From the IMG/VR virus record IMGVR_UViG_2660238271_000001: DNA of 64,000 bases; one strand, given 5' to 3'. The notes beneath the pieces are model-generated. The model made no database searches. It worked only from the letters and a program-made list of their open reading frames with translations, and was not told the DNA's origin. Below, one piece after another: positions 9,692 to 23,589 of this stretch (position 1 is its first letter; every line of letters begins with the position of its first letter). The DNA comes from an uncultured virus (IMG/VR IMGVR_UViG_2660238271_000001). Its lineage: Duplodnaviria > Heunggongvirae > Uroviricota > Caudoviricetes. A program made the position numbers and the translations under genes.

Positions 9692-10157
9692 GCGCCAAAT
9701 CCGGCTGATTTGTCAGCAGTGTATGGAGCGATGCCGGGCGGCTGAGACATGGCCGCCGGACCTGGCTGAGTTTATTTCGCTGGTTTCTGAAAGCGGAGCT
9801 AATGCGTTTGGTCTCACAGCCGATGCGGTGCTGGCGGAATATCGTCACTGGCGTAACGAGTCCTGGCGCTACTCCGGCAGTGATAAATATCCGTGGCCTC
9901 AGCCGGTTCTGTATCACATCTGCACCGAGATGCGCAGAACGGGCGTTGAGCACCAGATGACGGAAGGCGAACTGAAACGACTTGCAGAACGGTTACTGGC
10001 GAAGTGGACAAAACACGTCGGTAATGGTTTCAGCATACCGCCGGNNNNNCCGCCGGTACGCCGTCAACTGGCAGCGCCGCGTCATCCTGCAGGGCCAACC
10101 CCGGCACAACTGATGATGGAAGAATTCAGACGGCGTAAGGCGGCGGGAAGGCTTTAA
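9477..10157 (+). CDS. Replication protein P-like
   Basis: Overlaps the O-like gene; TWPPDLAEF motif; contains a small gap; true start uncertain. Confidence 0.75.
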   Translation: MQKSSQTASHRGQYSKSGQPACSGNAKTGSSATETAWRLWEVMGEIYSNRWTQKNGAAPSKLWVAQIGAMTERQIRLICQQCMERCRAAETWPPDLAEFISLVSESGANAFGLTADAVLAEYRHWRNESWRYSGSDKYPWPQPVLYHICTEMRRTGVEHQMTEGELKRLAERLLAKWTKHVGNGFSIPPXXPPVRRQLAAPRHPAGPTPAQLMMEEFRRRKAAGRL

Positions 10158-10169
10158 CAGGGGGGATTT

Positions 10170-10565
10170 ATGAGCAGAAATTACACACCGGCGCAGAAAG
10201 CTGAAATACAGAAGCGCCTGACGGAACTGGTACGAACACACGGTCGGATGACGTTTGGAGAGCTGCGGAAGATAACAGGGTTAACCATTTTTACAGCCCG
10301 CCACTACCTGGAAAAGGCGGAAAGTTGTGGGGATCTGTATCAGGCCGGGAGAAGCGGTATTTTTCCTTCGGAACAGGCTTTCCTGTTTTGGAAGCAGAAA
10401 CGTGAAGATGCCAGGATTACCCGCTTTCTGAAAACGCCGGAAGGTGTCGTGAGTTCCTACGACCGGACCAGAAACGTTATCTGTACGGAGTGCCGGAACA
10501 GCGTGACGATGCAAAGGGTACTGGCATTTTATCGGGGACATCACCGGGAGGCGAAATCTGCATGA
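10170..10565 (+). CDS. DUF977-family protein
   Basis: wHTH-like N-terminus; ICTECRNS..MQRVLAFYRG. Confidence 0.75.
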   Translation: MSRNYTPAQKAEIQKRLTELVRTHGRMTFGELRKITGLTIFTARHYLEKAESCGDLYQAGRSGIFPSEQAFLFWKQKREDARITRFLKTPEGVVSSYDRTRNVICTECRNSVTMQRVLAFYRGHHREAKSA

Positions 10566-10717
10566 AAATCGAATAATATAACTTTGCAGAGGTAGCGAAT
10601 ATCGTAATCACCCGTTCGGCATTTGAATTCCGTGAGCACAGTCGTGTTGTGAATGTCGCCTTGTTCACAACACCAGGAATATTCCACTGTCAACTGGTTG
10701 TCTGCGGCTGGACATAA
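10562..10717 (+). pseudogene. Remnant phage gene (MKIE* then ..VANIVITRSAFEFREHSRVV)
   Basis: Coupled ATG with an early TAA; the frame continues and ends just before the cargo block. Confidence 0.45.
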
Positions 10718-10851
10718 TTTTATCTGATATTCAGGCTGTACCAGCGCAAAGGTTCCGTGAGTCCGACTGTCTTTTTTGCTTCCAAATATTCAGTTTTAAT
10801 TATCTGAGTATGGCAAGGTGATCATCTGTATCAAACACCGGGCAACTGGTT

Positions 10852-11997
10852 TTACTTTACCCAACGATTACGTCCCTGTTGTTTAGCCCGATAAAGGGCC
10901 TCGTCCGCTCTGGCAATAATGCCGGTAACAGTGTCACCGGCTGTGGAAAGGGTGATGCCCATACTGACGGTGACCGTTTCGCTAACCGCAGATGCTGCAT
11001 GCGGCATTGCGGTTTCACGCAGGTTTGTCTGAATACGTTCAGCAACCAGTGCTGCTTCATTCAGCGACGACGAAGGCAGCACAACGACAAACTCCTCGCC
11101 CCCGTAACGTGCCACCAGGTCTGCCGGAGTACGAACCGACCTCTTCATTACCCCGGCCACCTTTGCCAGACAGGCATCGCCAGCCTGGTGACCATAATGG
11201 TCGTTATAGTTTTTGAAATAGTCCACATCGAGCATGATCAGTGCAAACGGCTCCGTCTGGCGGAGAGCATCCCCAAGAAAACTTTCCATTGAACGTCGAT
11301 TAGCGGTCCCGGTCAGTGCATCCTGGTGAGCCATAACGTCGAGACGCGCGATAAGCATCCGGTTTTCCTGGTAACGCAACCAGGCTTCATCAAACCAGCG
11401 CTGCAGGATAAAGCGACCATAAATGAGTATGGCGGTAAGAGTAAGCCAGACTAATAAAAACCGGATATTCACATACTGGTTAAGCTGCACACTGGCCAGC
11501 AGGGCGGTCAGCCATAACGGGACGATGAAAAGTAGCAACGCTGGCAGATGATAATAAAGCGCAGCCAGCGCGGTAAGCATAAGGATGACACTGAGAGGCC
11601 AGGCAAAAGGCAGTTGCCACCAGACAATAAAACAGTAGCTACAATAGCTCCACATCAGACTGAGAATCAGCAGCATCACCAGACAAAGAGGAGTAAATCT
11701 GGCCGGAAGGCGGTAAATGAAAAGGAGTATCAGGAACGAAAAAACAATAATACTGCCCATAATATCGTCTATTAAAGGCAGTATTCCAGTCTGTGCACTG
11801 ATCGACTTGTCAAAGTCACTGATGAGTATGTGGCGAAATAAAATGATAAGCGCAAAACTGATATTCACAAATGTGAACCACGGAATACTTACACGTAGCG
11901 CTTGCGTGACCATATCTTTATGATCCTGCCATATCCTTCCAGCACTGGAAGTACGGCGCCTGTCGTCCGAATCCTGCCCCATCCTTAACCGCCTCAT
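10852..11997 (-). CDS. Membrane-anchored GGDEF diguanylate cyclase (DgcY-like arrangement)
   Basis: Multiple TM segments, then DALTGTANRR, DVDYFKNYNDHYGHQAGD, RYGGEEF. Confidence 0.93.
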   Translation of the reverse strand: MRRLRMGQDSDDRRRTSSAGRIWQDHKDMVTQALRVSIPWFTFVNISFALIILFRHILISDFDKSISAQTGILPLIDDIMGSIIVFSFLILLFIYRLPARFTPLCLVMLLILSLMWSYCSYCFIVWWQLPFAWPLSVILMLTALAALYYHLPALLLFIVPLWLTALLASVQLNQYVNIRFLLVWLTLTAILIYGRFILQRWFDEAWLRYQENRMLIARLDVMAHQDALTGTANRRSMESFLGDALRQTEPFALIMLDVDYFKNYNDHYGHQAGDACLAKVAGVMKRSVRTPADLVARYGGEEFVVVLPSSSLNEAALVAERIQTNLRETAMPHAASAVSETVTVSMGITLSTAGDTVTGIIARADEALYRAKQQGRNRWVK

Positions 11998-12378
11998 ATA
12001 ATGAATAATTACTATCCAGTGTAGTGCGCAGATATCTCACAGTGAAAAATGGAAAAGCTATCAGGCCAGGCAGCATTTTTGGCTGATGAGATGATTTTTG
12101 TTCCACAGTGACGAACTTATAGTCACAGCTTCTGTAGTAGGGGGAATAATTATAGTTGTCTCCCGGAAACGGGAAGCGAGCTTACCCCACTTACTAAAAG
12201 AGGATGGAACTGGCTGACGTAAAACACGATTTATTTGTATCCATAAATAGCGAAATGTAACGTTTTGGTTATATTTAAAAGAGAGAAAATGGTCAGCAAT
12301 AACTTTAATTGTTTGAATTAACAGATAATTAATCTACCAGACTGAGTGATACAGAATATTTTTACATGAGGGGTACAA

Positions 12379-14358
12379 ATGAGACTTAAGTTGATCGTTA
12401 AAAGTTTTGCGCTGGCGGGGCTACTCTCTTCCACTGCGCTGACACCTTTATTTGCACAGGAAGCCCCAAAAGGTGCCACTGCTTCAACCAAGCAAGCTAA
12501 CGATGCGCTTTATAACCAACTCCCTTTCTCTGATAACACCGATTTCACGAATGCCCATAAAGGCTTTATCGCCGCTTTACCTGAAGACGTGATTAAGGGA
12601 GAGCAAGGGAATGTCATCTGGAATCCACAGCAGTACGCTTTCATAAAAGAAGGGGAAAAATCTCCTGACACTGTTAACCCTAGTCTGTGGCGTCAGTCCC
12701 AGCTAATCAATATCAGTGGCTTGTTTGAAGTCACCGACGGCGTCTACCAGATTCGTAACCTTGATTTATCCAACATGACGATTATCGAAGGTAAAGAGGG
12801 GATTACGGTTGTCGATCCGCTGGTTTCTGCGGAAACAGCCAAAGCCGGTATGGATTTGTATTTCAAAAACCGTGGCAATAAGCCTGTTGTCGCCATCATT
12901 TATACTCATAGCCATGTTGACCACTATGGCGGTGTGCGTGGCGTTGTCGATGAAGCGGACGTGAAATCCGGCAAGGTGAAAGTGTATGCGCCTGCTGGCT
13001 TTATGGAGGCAGCAGTAGCCGAGAATATTATGGCCGGCAACGTGATGAGCCGCCGTGCCAGCTATATGTATGGCAACCTCCTGAAACCAGATGCTTCCGG
13101 CCAGGTTGGCGCCGGACTGGGGACGACCACCTCTGCGGGGACGGTGACACTGATTGCGCCCACTAATATCATCGATAAAGACGGCCAGAAAGAAGTGATT
13201 GATGGCCTGACTTACGACTTTATGCTGGCCCCTGGTTCGGAAGCCCCTTCGGAAATGCTGTGGTTCATCGAAGAGAAGAAACTCATCGAAGCCGCAGAGG
13301 ACGTCACTCACACCCTGCATAACACTTACTCGCTACGTGGCGCAAAAATTCGTGAGCCGTTGCCGTGGTCGAAATATATCAACGAAGCTATAGTGCGTTG
13401 GGGTGACAAAGCTGAAATTATTATGGCCCAGCACCACTGGCCGACCTGGGGTAACGAGAATGTTGTTGGTCTGCTGAAAAGCCAGCGAGACCTGTATCGT
13501 TATATCAATGACCAGACTCTGCGCATGGCCAATGAAGGTCTGACTCGCGACGAAATAGCGGCCAACTTCAAACTACCGGATAGCCTGGCAAAAACCTGGG
13601 CCAACCGCGGCTATTACGGCTCCATCAGCCATGACGTAAAAGCAACGTATGTGCTGTATCTCGGTTGGTTCGATGGCAATCCGGCAACCCTTGATGAGCT
13701 GCCACCCGAAGAAGCGGCCAAGAAATTTGTTGAATACATGGGCGGTGCCGATGCGATTCTTCAGAAAGCTAAAGCAGACTTTGACCAGGGGAACTACCGT
13801 TGGGTTGCTCAGGTGGTGAGTAAGGTCGTGTTTGCCGATCCAAATAACCAGAATGCACGTAACCTTGAAGCCGATGCGTTGGAGCAATTGGGGTATCAGG
13901 CTGAATCTGGTCCATGGCGTAACTTCTACCTGACCGGTGCGCAGGAGCTGCGTAACGGTGTGGTTAAAGGTCCGACGCCAAATACAGCAAGTCCGGATAC
14001 CGTTCGGGCGATGACCCCTGAAATGTTCTTCGACTTCCTGGCTGTACATATCAACGGTGAAAAAGCGGGTAATGCCCGGGCGGTATTTAATATTGACCTT
14101 GGCAGCGACGGCGGAAAGTACAAGCTTGAGCTGGAAAATGGCGTGCTGAACCACACGGCTAATGCTGAAGCGAAAGATGCTGATGCCACGATTACTCTGA
14201 ACCGTGACACGCTGAATAAAATTATCCTGAAGGAAGAAACTCTGAAGCAGGCTCAAGATAAAGGAGAAGTCAACGTTACCGGTAATGCTGCGAAACTGGA
14301 TGAGATGCTGGGCTATATGGACAAGTTTGAGTTCTGGTTCAATATAGTTACACCATAA
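12379..14358 (+). CDS. Secreted alkyl/aryl-sulfatase (SdsA1/YjcS family, metallo-beta-lactamase fold)
   Basis: Signal peptide; THSHVDHYGG motif; C-terminal SCP2-like domain ending FWFNIVTP. Confidence 0.92.
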   Translation: MRLKLIVKSFALAGLLSSTALTPLFAQEAPKGATASTKQANDALYNQLPFSDNTDFTNAHKGFIAALPEDVIKGEQGNVIWNPQQYAFIKEGEKSPDTVNPSLWRQSQLINISGLFEVTDGVYQIRNLDLSNMTIIEGKEGITVVDPLVSAETAKAGMDLYFKNRGNKPVVAIIYTHSHVDHYGGVRGVVDEADVKSGKVKVYAPAGFMEAAVAENIMAGNVMSRRASYMYGNLLKPDASGQVGAGLGTTTSAGTVTLIAPTNIIDKDGQKEVIDGLTYDFMLAPGSEAPSEMLWFIEEKKLIEAAEDVTHTLHNTYSLRGAKIREPLPWSKYINEAIVRWGDKAEIIMAQHHWPTWGNENVVGLLKSQRDLYRYINDQTLRMANEGLTRDEIAANFKLPDSLAKTWANRGYYGSISHDVKATYVLYLGWFDGNPATLDELPPEEAAKKFVEYMGGADAILQKAKADFDQGNYRWVAQVVSKVVFADPNNQNARNLEADALEQLGYQAESGPWRNFYLTGAQELRNGVVKGPTPNTASPDTVRAMTPEMFFDFLAVHINGEKAGNARAVFNIDLGSDGGKYKLELENGVLNHTANAEAKDADATITLNRDTLNKIILKEETLKQAQDKGEVNVTGNAAKLDEMLGYMDKFEFWFNIVTP

Positions 14359-14697
14359 ATAGATTCCCTGCGNNNNNNNNNNNNGCGGCGTCAATGCTGC
14401 GGGGAAGTTACTTCAGATAATTCTGTACGTTTTTTATACTCAATTTTTCCTTCATTCTTTATATCTTGCTTCATCTTATGTATTTGCTGCTGAAGAACAT
14501 GGCTCTGATACCAGTCAGTTCTGATTCTGTTATGCACAGCCTTTTTCATCAGATGACAGTAACTGGTTGTTGCGTGATTCAATGGCCTGCGAGTCTGGTC
14601 AACATGCTTTTCGATGCCGGTTGGGGGNNNNNNNNNNNNNNNNNNNNNNNNNNACTGGCATCATGGCAGCATAATTTTGCCGGATAAGTCAACCGCA

Positions 14698-14830
14698 GCG
14701 ATGTTAATCGTCCTGATTATCATCTGCATCACTGTCACAGTGACTGCACCAGTAACGAGGAGAGACTGCGATCGAACCGGCCAGACAGAGAGGAGGTAGT
14801 TGTCTTCATTGCTAAGTAAGAGACCTTGGG
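14698..14830 (+). pseudogene. Decayed hok/gef-type toxin gene
   Basis: AMLIVLIIICITVTVTAPVTR and gaaccggccagac...gtaagagacc match the intact hok at 52394-52549, with indels. Confidence 0.7.
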
Positions 14831-15099
14831 GGATGAATCTCCGTCACCTGTGATGTGTCAGACAACCTCAATGTACCCGCACTTAATACCTGCGCCGGCG
14901 GTTTTTTAATGTCCGGGAAATGAGCATGTCAAAAAATAACCAGTTATAAGATTATAAATAGTACACAGAGAAAATGTCATTGCATATGGTCAAAAAATAG
15001 CCATATTTATTGATGATGATAATTAATAGTCTCCTATATATTCATGGTGAGAATGAAGATGCTTTAAAAATGCTCAAGTTCGTTATCTATGGAGACACC

Positions 15100-15318
15100 G
15101 TGAAAAATTTAAATAAAACATTCACTTGTAAATATGCTGTTATTCGCCGTGATGACATGACAGTAATTGCTGAAATGGATTTTTTTCCTGACTGCAACAG
15201 GTCATTGATGTATCGGGATGGCCGCTATGTCCGGTTTCTGCCGTTGTTGCAAAATGACATCATGGGGAGCGATACCCTGATTAATGAGCTGACTATCAGG
15301 GCCGGTTATCATGAATAA
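15100..15318 (+). CDS. Hypothetical phage protein
   Basis: GGAG RBS then GTG at 15100; ORF track extends it to 15010. Confidence 0.5.
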   Translation: MKNLNKTFTCKYAVIRRDDMTVIAEMDFFPDCNRSLMYRDGRYVRFLPLLQNDIMGSDTLINELTIRAGYHE

Positions 15319-15381
15319 TCATCCTTTGTTATACTCGTCTGCGGGCTGAACTCCCAATCTACTGCGCCAACGGAGAGAACG

Positions 15382-15981
15382 ATGGCGCATTTACAACTGG
15401 TCAAGCAAACCTCATCAGGGCTTCTGCTCCCGGCGACGCCGGAGAGTGGGGATTTCCTGCGCTCAGTAAAAATCGGTGAGTGGATACACGCCGATTTTAA
15501 GCGTGTCCGCAACTACGCCTTTCATAAACGATTTTTTAAACTCCTTCAGCTTGGTTTCGACTACTGGACGCCAACGGGCGGCACGGTCACATCGCGGGAA
15601 CAGAAACTTATCTCCGGGTTCGTTAATTTTCTTTGCGACTCCGCAGGCCAGGAATATACCCCGGCCCTTAACGAGGCGGCGGAACAGTACCTCCATAACG
15701 TAGCTACCCTGCGAACCAGGGACGTCGCCCTTCTTAAATCTTTTGATGCCTTCCGGGAATGGGTAACCGTTCAGGCCGGGTTTTATACCGAGCATTTTTA
15801 TCCGGATGGCAGCCGCGGGCGCCGGGCGAAATCCATAGCATTCGCCAGTATGGACGAAACCGAGTTTCAACAGGTCTATAAGGCTGTGCTGAACGTCCTG
15901 TGGAACTGGATTCTGTTTCGTAAATTTTCCTCTCCGGAAGAAGTTGAAAACGTGGCCGCGCATCTGCTGGAGTTCGCATGA
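15382..15981 (+). CDS. DUF1367-family protein
   Basis: MAHLQLVKQ...RNYAFHKRFF..GFDYWTP...SIAFASMDE. Confidence 0.8.
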   Translation: MAHLQLVKQTSSGLLLPATPESGDFLRSVKIGEWIHADFKRVRNYAFHKRFFKLLQLGFDYWTPTGGTVTSREQKLISGFVNFLCDSAGQEYTPALNEAAEQYLHNVATLRTRDVALLKSFDAFREWVTVQAGFYTEHFYPDGSRGRRAKSIAFASMDETEFQQVYKAVLNVLWNWILFRKFSSPEEVENVAAHLLEFA

Positions 15982-16172
15982 AAATGACATGGTTTCAGCA
16001 TCCGGCGTGTACCACCGAAGAGGCGGATGAGCTGGTGAAGCAGTACCGGCGCAGGGGGGTAAAGACGGAGCGCAGCCTGAATCATGACTGTATTCACTGG
16101 ACGGTAAGCGCCCTGTTACCGGAATTCGGGCATGTGCCAGTACGGAGGCGTGCGTGCTCTTATCTGAAATGA
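15978..16172 (+). CDS. Conserved small nin-region protein
   Basis: WFQHPACTTEEADEL; paralog at 53180-53380. Confidence 0.65.
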   Translation: MKMTWFQHPACTTEEADELVKQYRRRGVKTERSLNHDCIHWTVSALLPEFGHVPVRRRACSYLK

Positions 16173-16450
16173 AAACTTACCGCAGTAAAAAATGGCTGGC
16201 AGCCGTCGGGCAGATTGAGCAGTGCGTGCTGTGTGGTCGGTGGGGAACGCAGGTCGCGCACATGAATGAAGGCAAAGGCATGGGAATGAAAACGGATGAC
16301 TGCGCCACGGCGGCTATTTGTCAGGAATGCCATCATGAAATCGATAACGGCAGTCACCTGAGCAGGGAAGAACGCCGGTGTCTGATGAACAGGGCAATCG
16401 TACTGACAGTGATTAAACTTGTACGCATGGGAAAGGTGGTACCGAAATGA
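16169..16450 (+). CDS. Zn-binding HNH-like nin-region protein
   Basis: CVLCG...AH...AICQECHHEID. Confidence 0.7.
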   Translation: MKTYRSKKWLAAVGQIEQCVLCGRWGTQVAHMNEGKGMGMKTDDCATAAICQECHHEIDNGSHLSREERRCLMNRAIVLTVIKLVRMGKVVPK

Positions 16451-17001
16451 TTTATCCAACCAGTACCGGAAAACCGGGCGAATATTTTCGACTGAATACA
16501 CTGGAAAGCGTGTGGATTCAGGGAAAACTCCGTATGTGGGGACGATGGTCATACATCGGCAGCGGTAAACCCGGCAATATGTTTAACCAGTTACTGGCCT
16601 CCAGAAAACTGACAAAAACAGCCATCAATGAGGCTTTACGCCGTCTGAAAAAATCAGGAACAAGCAAGCCAGATCTGGAGGCCTTTCTTCGTGAAATGAT
16701 GAACGGGAAACAAAAAAGCTGGCTGGCGCATTGTACTGATTCCGAGGCCATGTTGATTGACCGCGTGATTGGTACTGTATTAGCTGAGTATCCGGCGCTG
16801 AAAAAGTTGATTCACCAGCGTTATGAAGGGCCGGGAATGAGTAAGCGCAAAATGGCAGAACAGCTAAATGAGCTGCATCCAGATTGGTGCCTGAGGACCT
16901 GCAAAAATCGTATTGATCAATGGTTATGTACGGCTGAGAACGCGCTCTATGTTCCGCTTTGTGAGGCATATGGTCTGGATGTTACGAGATTTGAAAATTG
17001 A
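16447..17001 (+). CDS. Late antiterminator Q (DUF1133 type)
   Basis: LRMWGRWS motif; directly upstream of late promoter, terminators and lysis genes. Confidence 0.75.
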   Translation: MIYPTSTGKPGEYFRLNTLESVWIQGKLRMWGRWSYIGSGKPGNMFNQLLASRKLTKTAINEALRRLKKSGTSKPDLEAFLREMMNGKQKSWLAHCTDSEAMLIDRVIGTVLAEYPALKKLIHQRYEGPGMSKRKMAEQLNELHPDWCLRTCKNRIDQWLCTAENALYVPLCEAYGLDVTRFEN

Positions 17002-17133
17002 CACGTTTTGTACGTAAAATCTGGCGACTCATTAGTGAAAAAAGCTATTGCATTTTTGCCCACAAACTGCTTCAATCCCGGTATGCTTCGCAAAGCTGTA
17101 TCGCGAGGCGAATAACAGACATGAACACAAAAG

Positions 17134-17164
17134 AACCCGCCATTGAGCGGGTTTTTGCGTTTTA
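17134..17164 (+). terminator. tR'-like intrinsic terminator
   Basis: AACCCGC-cattga-GCGGGTT followed by a T run. Confidence 0.65.
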
Positions 17165-17277
17165 GGGGGTCGCATTCGCGGGCCTTTTTTGTTCAACAGG
17201 CTTTGAATTGTGGTTTCTTGCACCGTGGCATTTTCTGCTTCGCCCTATACTATTTGCTTAGTCTGGCGGAGGTGTGA

Positions 17278-17466
17278 ATGAAAGAAGGGTATTACTGGAT
17301 TCAGCATAACGGTGTTGTTCAGGTGGCATACTATACGAACGACACAGTTGACGATCTGGAATCAGGACAGCTTATTGTCGGTGTCTGGCATCTGACAAGG
17401 GGCGATGATATCTGCCATAACGGTGAAGCAGAAGTACTGTCGGGGCTGTTACAACCACCAGCTTAG
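17278..17466 (+). CDS. Conserved small phage protein
   Basis: GGAGGT RBS; MKEGYYWIQHNG. Confidence 0.7.
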   Translation: MKEGYYWIQHNGVVQVAYYTNDTVDDLESGQLIVGVWHLTRGDDICHNGEAEVLSGLLQPPA

Positions 17467-17663
17467 ATATAGAACGCGCTGGCGGCGCTTGGAAGACGGC
17501 TTGAAATATTAGCTGCGTAAATCATACCCCTGATTGTCTGTATACCACTGCCGCATAGCGGGGATTGGCTCCCGCACCCATCACAAGGCTGCGCTATTGC
17601 GCGGCCTTTTCTTTTTCCACTTACCCGACATCCGGGTAGTCCATTTCCCGGACAGGGGAAGTT

Positions 17664-17972
17664 ATGACAATGGATAAACATACGACATGGCTGGCCTACA
17701 TCTGGGCATTAATCAGCGGCATATGCGCCCAGTGGACGTTAAACGACTATGGCGCGCTGATAGGTATTGTTCTGGGTATTGGTACGTTTCTGGTTAATAA
17801 GCATTACAAAAAGAAATCAGAGCAGGCTCAGGCAAGACAGGCTGCCGCGATGGAAGAGCGTAACAGGCTAATCGCCCGGATTCTGGAAAAAAACGACCAT
17901 GACAGCACGTTAAAAATGCTGGCGGTATCTGAAATGCCGGAGGGCAATAATGGCGCTCAGGACAAAAGTTAA
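17664..17972 (+). CDS. Holin
   Basis: Hydrophobic N-half, charged tail, M-T-M possible dual start; overlaps the endolysin. Confidence 0.8.
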   Translation: MTMDKHTTWLAYIWALISGICAQWTLNDYGALIGIVLGIGTFLVNKHYKKKSEQAQARQAAAMEERNRLIARILEKNDHDSTLKMLAVSEMPEGNNGAQDKS

Positions 17973-18438
17973 GGCCCTTCTGGCTGGTGGCGCGAGTGCA
18001 ATGGTGATAGCGGCGGCGATGCTTGGCGGTAATGGCGGTCTGGAAGGCAGGCGCCATGAACCCTATCGAGATGTGGCTGGCGTACTTACCGTATGTGATG
18101 GACATACGGGAAAAGACATTGTACCTGGCAAGCACTATACCGATGCGGAGTGTGATGCTCTGCTGAATAAAGACCTTGCACTGGTCGCAGCCCGCATTGA
18201 TCCACTGATTAAGGCCAGTATCCCGAACAGCGAAAGAGCTGCGCTCTACTCCTTTGCGTACAACGTTGGTACTGGCGCGTTTGCCAGGTCAACCCTGCTG
18301 AAAAAACTCAACACTGGTGATCTGGCCGGAGCCTGCAACGAGCTTAAACGCTGGACGTATGCAGGTGGTAAGCAGTGGAAAGGGCTGGTAACGCGTCGCG
18401 AGATCGAGCACGAGGTGTGTACGTGGGGGCTGAAATGA
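17950..18438 (+). CDS. SAR endolysin (GH24 lysozyme)
   Basis: Ala/Gly-rich N-terminal SAR segment; E-x8-D-x5-T triad ([17 protein letters not shown]). Confidence 0.93.
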   Translation: MALRTKVKALLAGGASAMVIAAAMLGGNGGLEGRRHEPYRDVAGVLTVCDGHTGKDIVPGKHYTDAECDALLNKDLALVAARIDPLIKASIPNSERAALYSFAYNVGTGAFARSTLLKKLNTGDLAGACNELKRWTYAGGKQWKGLVTRREIEHEVCTWGLK

Positions 18439-18899
18439 ACCGTATAACCACGGGCGTAATAGCCTCATTGTTGATTGTGGTCGCGGTACTGGCATGGGCA
18501 ACAGACCATTACCACAGTAACGCGGTACGGTTCCGGCAGCAGCGGGACACCGCCACTCACAACCTGAAGCTGGCGAACGAGACTATCAGCGATATGCAAA
18601 CGCGCCAGCGTGACGTTGCCGCCCTCGATGCAAAATATACGAAGGAATTAGCTGATGCACAGACCAGGAATACTGATTTGCAGCGCCGCCTTGCTGCTGG
18701 TGGCCGGGTGCGCGTCGAAGGGCGATGTTCAGTGCCCACCCGGACCGAAACCGCCAGCACCAGCCGCGTGGGCAATGCTGCCACCGTCGAACTCTCTCCA
18801 GGTGCTGGACAAAACGTTCTCAATATCCGCGCCGGAATCATCAGCGACCAGGAAAAACTGAAGTATTTGCAGGAGTACGTTCGCACGCAGTGTGAATAG
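18435..18899 (+). CDS. Rz i-spanin
   Basis: N-terminal TM, coiled coil, ends LQEYVRTQC. Confidence 0.88.
   Translation: MNRITTGVIASLLIVVAVLAWATDHYHSNAVRFRQQRDTATHNLKLANETISDMQTRQRDVAALDAKYTKELADAQTRNTDLQRRLAAGGRVRVEGRCSVPTRTETASTSRVGNAATVELSPGAGQNVLNIRAGIISDQEKLKYLQEYVRTQCE
18655..18861 (+). CDS. Rz1 o-spanin lipoprotein nested in Rz
   Basis: Lipobox LVAGC, Pro-rich PPAPAAWAM. Confidence 0.8.
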   Translation: MHRPGILICSAALLLVAGCASKGDVQCPPGPKPPAPAAWAMLPPSNSLQVLDKTFSISAPESSATRKN

Positions 18900-19151
18900 G
18901 TATTGTGAGGGTAAAAAAAAGCCCGCACAGGCACAGCGTCCCTCACGGGCGAATGGTATCGGGGCTATCGGAGTTGTTATGAGGCCGCAGGATTATCCAC
19001 ACAGCATCCGGCCTGATCCATCAGTTAAACGCGAGTAATACCTCAGTGCGCCGTCCTGTTACTGTCCTGCCACATTCACCAGAACCATGCGGCGAAACCG
19101 TGGTGGAAGAGTCAGCACGGCGAAGGTAGTGATAATGAATGTCATTTGCGC

Positions 19152-19345
19152 GGGTCCTTTCCGGCAAATCAGGCCGTTACGGGGCGACGCGCTCGCGAGA
19201 TTTCACTCCTTATGAAAATTTTCAGAGGAAAAACGTGTCGGTGCTTCTTTTTGTTAACGTTATGTTTTATTTGGTTTTGTTTAAAAAAAGAAACGACACG
19301 TCAGGCTGTGATTTTGCCATTTTTATGGGTTTTCGTGTCGTACCT
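19152..19345 (+). other. Lambda-type cos site (cosQ GGGTCCT 19152-19158; cosN GGGCGACGCGCT 19182-19193; cosB CGTGTCG motifs)
   Basis: Colinear with lambda GGGTCCTTTCCGG...GTTACGGGGCGGCGACCTCGCG...TATGAAAATTTTC, upstream of the small terminase. Confidence 0.8.
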
Positions 19346-19367
19346 TATTTTTGAGGTGTAATTTTTT

Positions 19368-19884
19368 ATGAAAGTTAACAAAAAGAGGTTGGCAGAGTTT
19401 TTTAATGTTGATCCCCGCACTATTGAACGCTGGCAAAGTCAGGGAATGCCACTGGCGTCCGGAGGCGGGAAGGGTGTGGAAGCTGTTTTTGATTCTGCAG
19501 CGGTGATTGAGTGGTACGCCGAGCGGGATGCGTCCATAGAAAATGAAAAACTGCGTAAGGAAGTTGATGATTTACGGGCTGCCGCTGAATCCGATCTTGT
19601 ACCGGGAACCATTGACTATGAGCGTTACCGGCTGACCAGGGCGCAGGCTGATGCGCAGGAACTGAAAAATGCAGAACGTAAATCAGAGGTTATGGATATT
19701 GAGCTGTTTACTTATATTTTGCAAAGAATTGCTCAGGAAATAGTAGGGATATTGTCGAGGCTGCCTCTTACATTGCAACGCAAGTACCCGGATTTAACCA
19801 CTGAACACATTGATGCAATAAAAACGGAAATTGCAAAAGCATCGGACAAAGCGGCCACGATAGCAGATGTGGAGAAGTGGGTTG

Positions 19885-19913
<29 letters not shown>
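19368..19913 (+). CDS. Terminase small subunit (Nu1)
   Basis: [23 protein letters not shown]. Confidence 0.93.

Positions 19914-23578
<3,665 letters not shown>

Positions 23579-23589
<11 letters not shown>

Noticed and set aside
12379..14358. Beta-lactam resistance gene
   Set aside because: MBL fold, but length, dimerisation and SCP2-like domains indicate an alkyl sulfatase
14520..14630. Possible TnpB/IS605 remnant (..MLFDAGWG)
   Set aside because: Too short, next to a gap, with no other IS features
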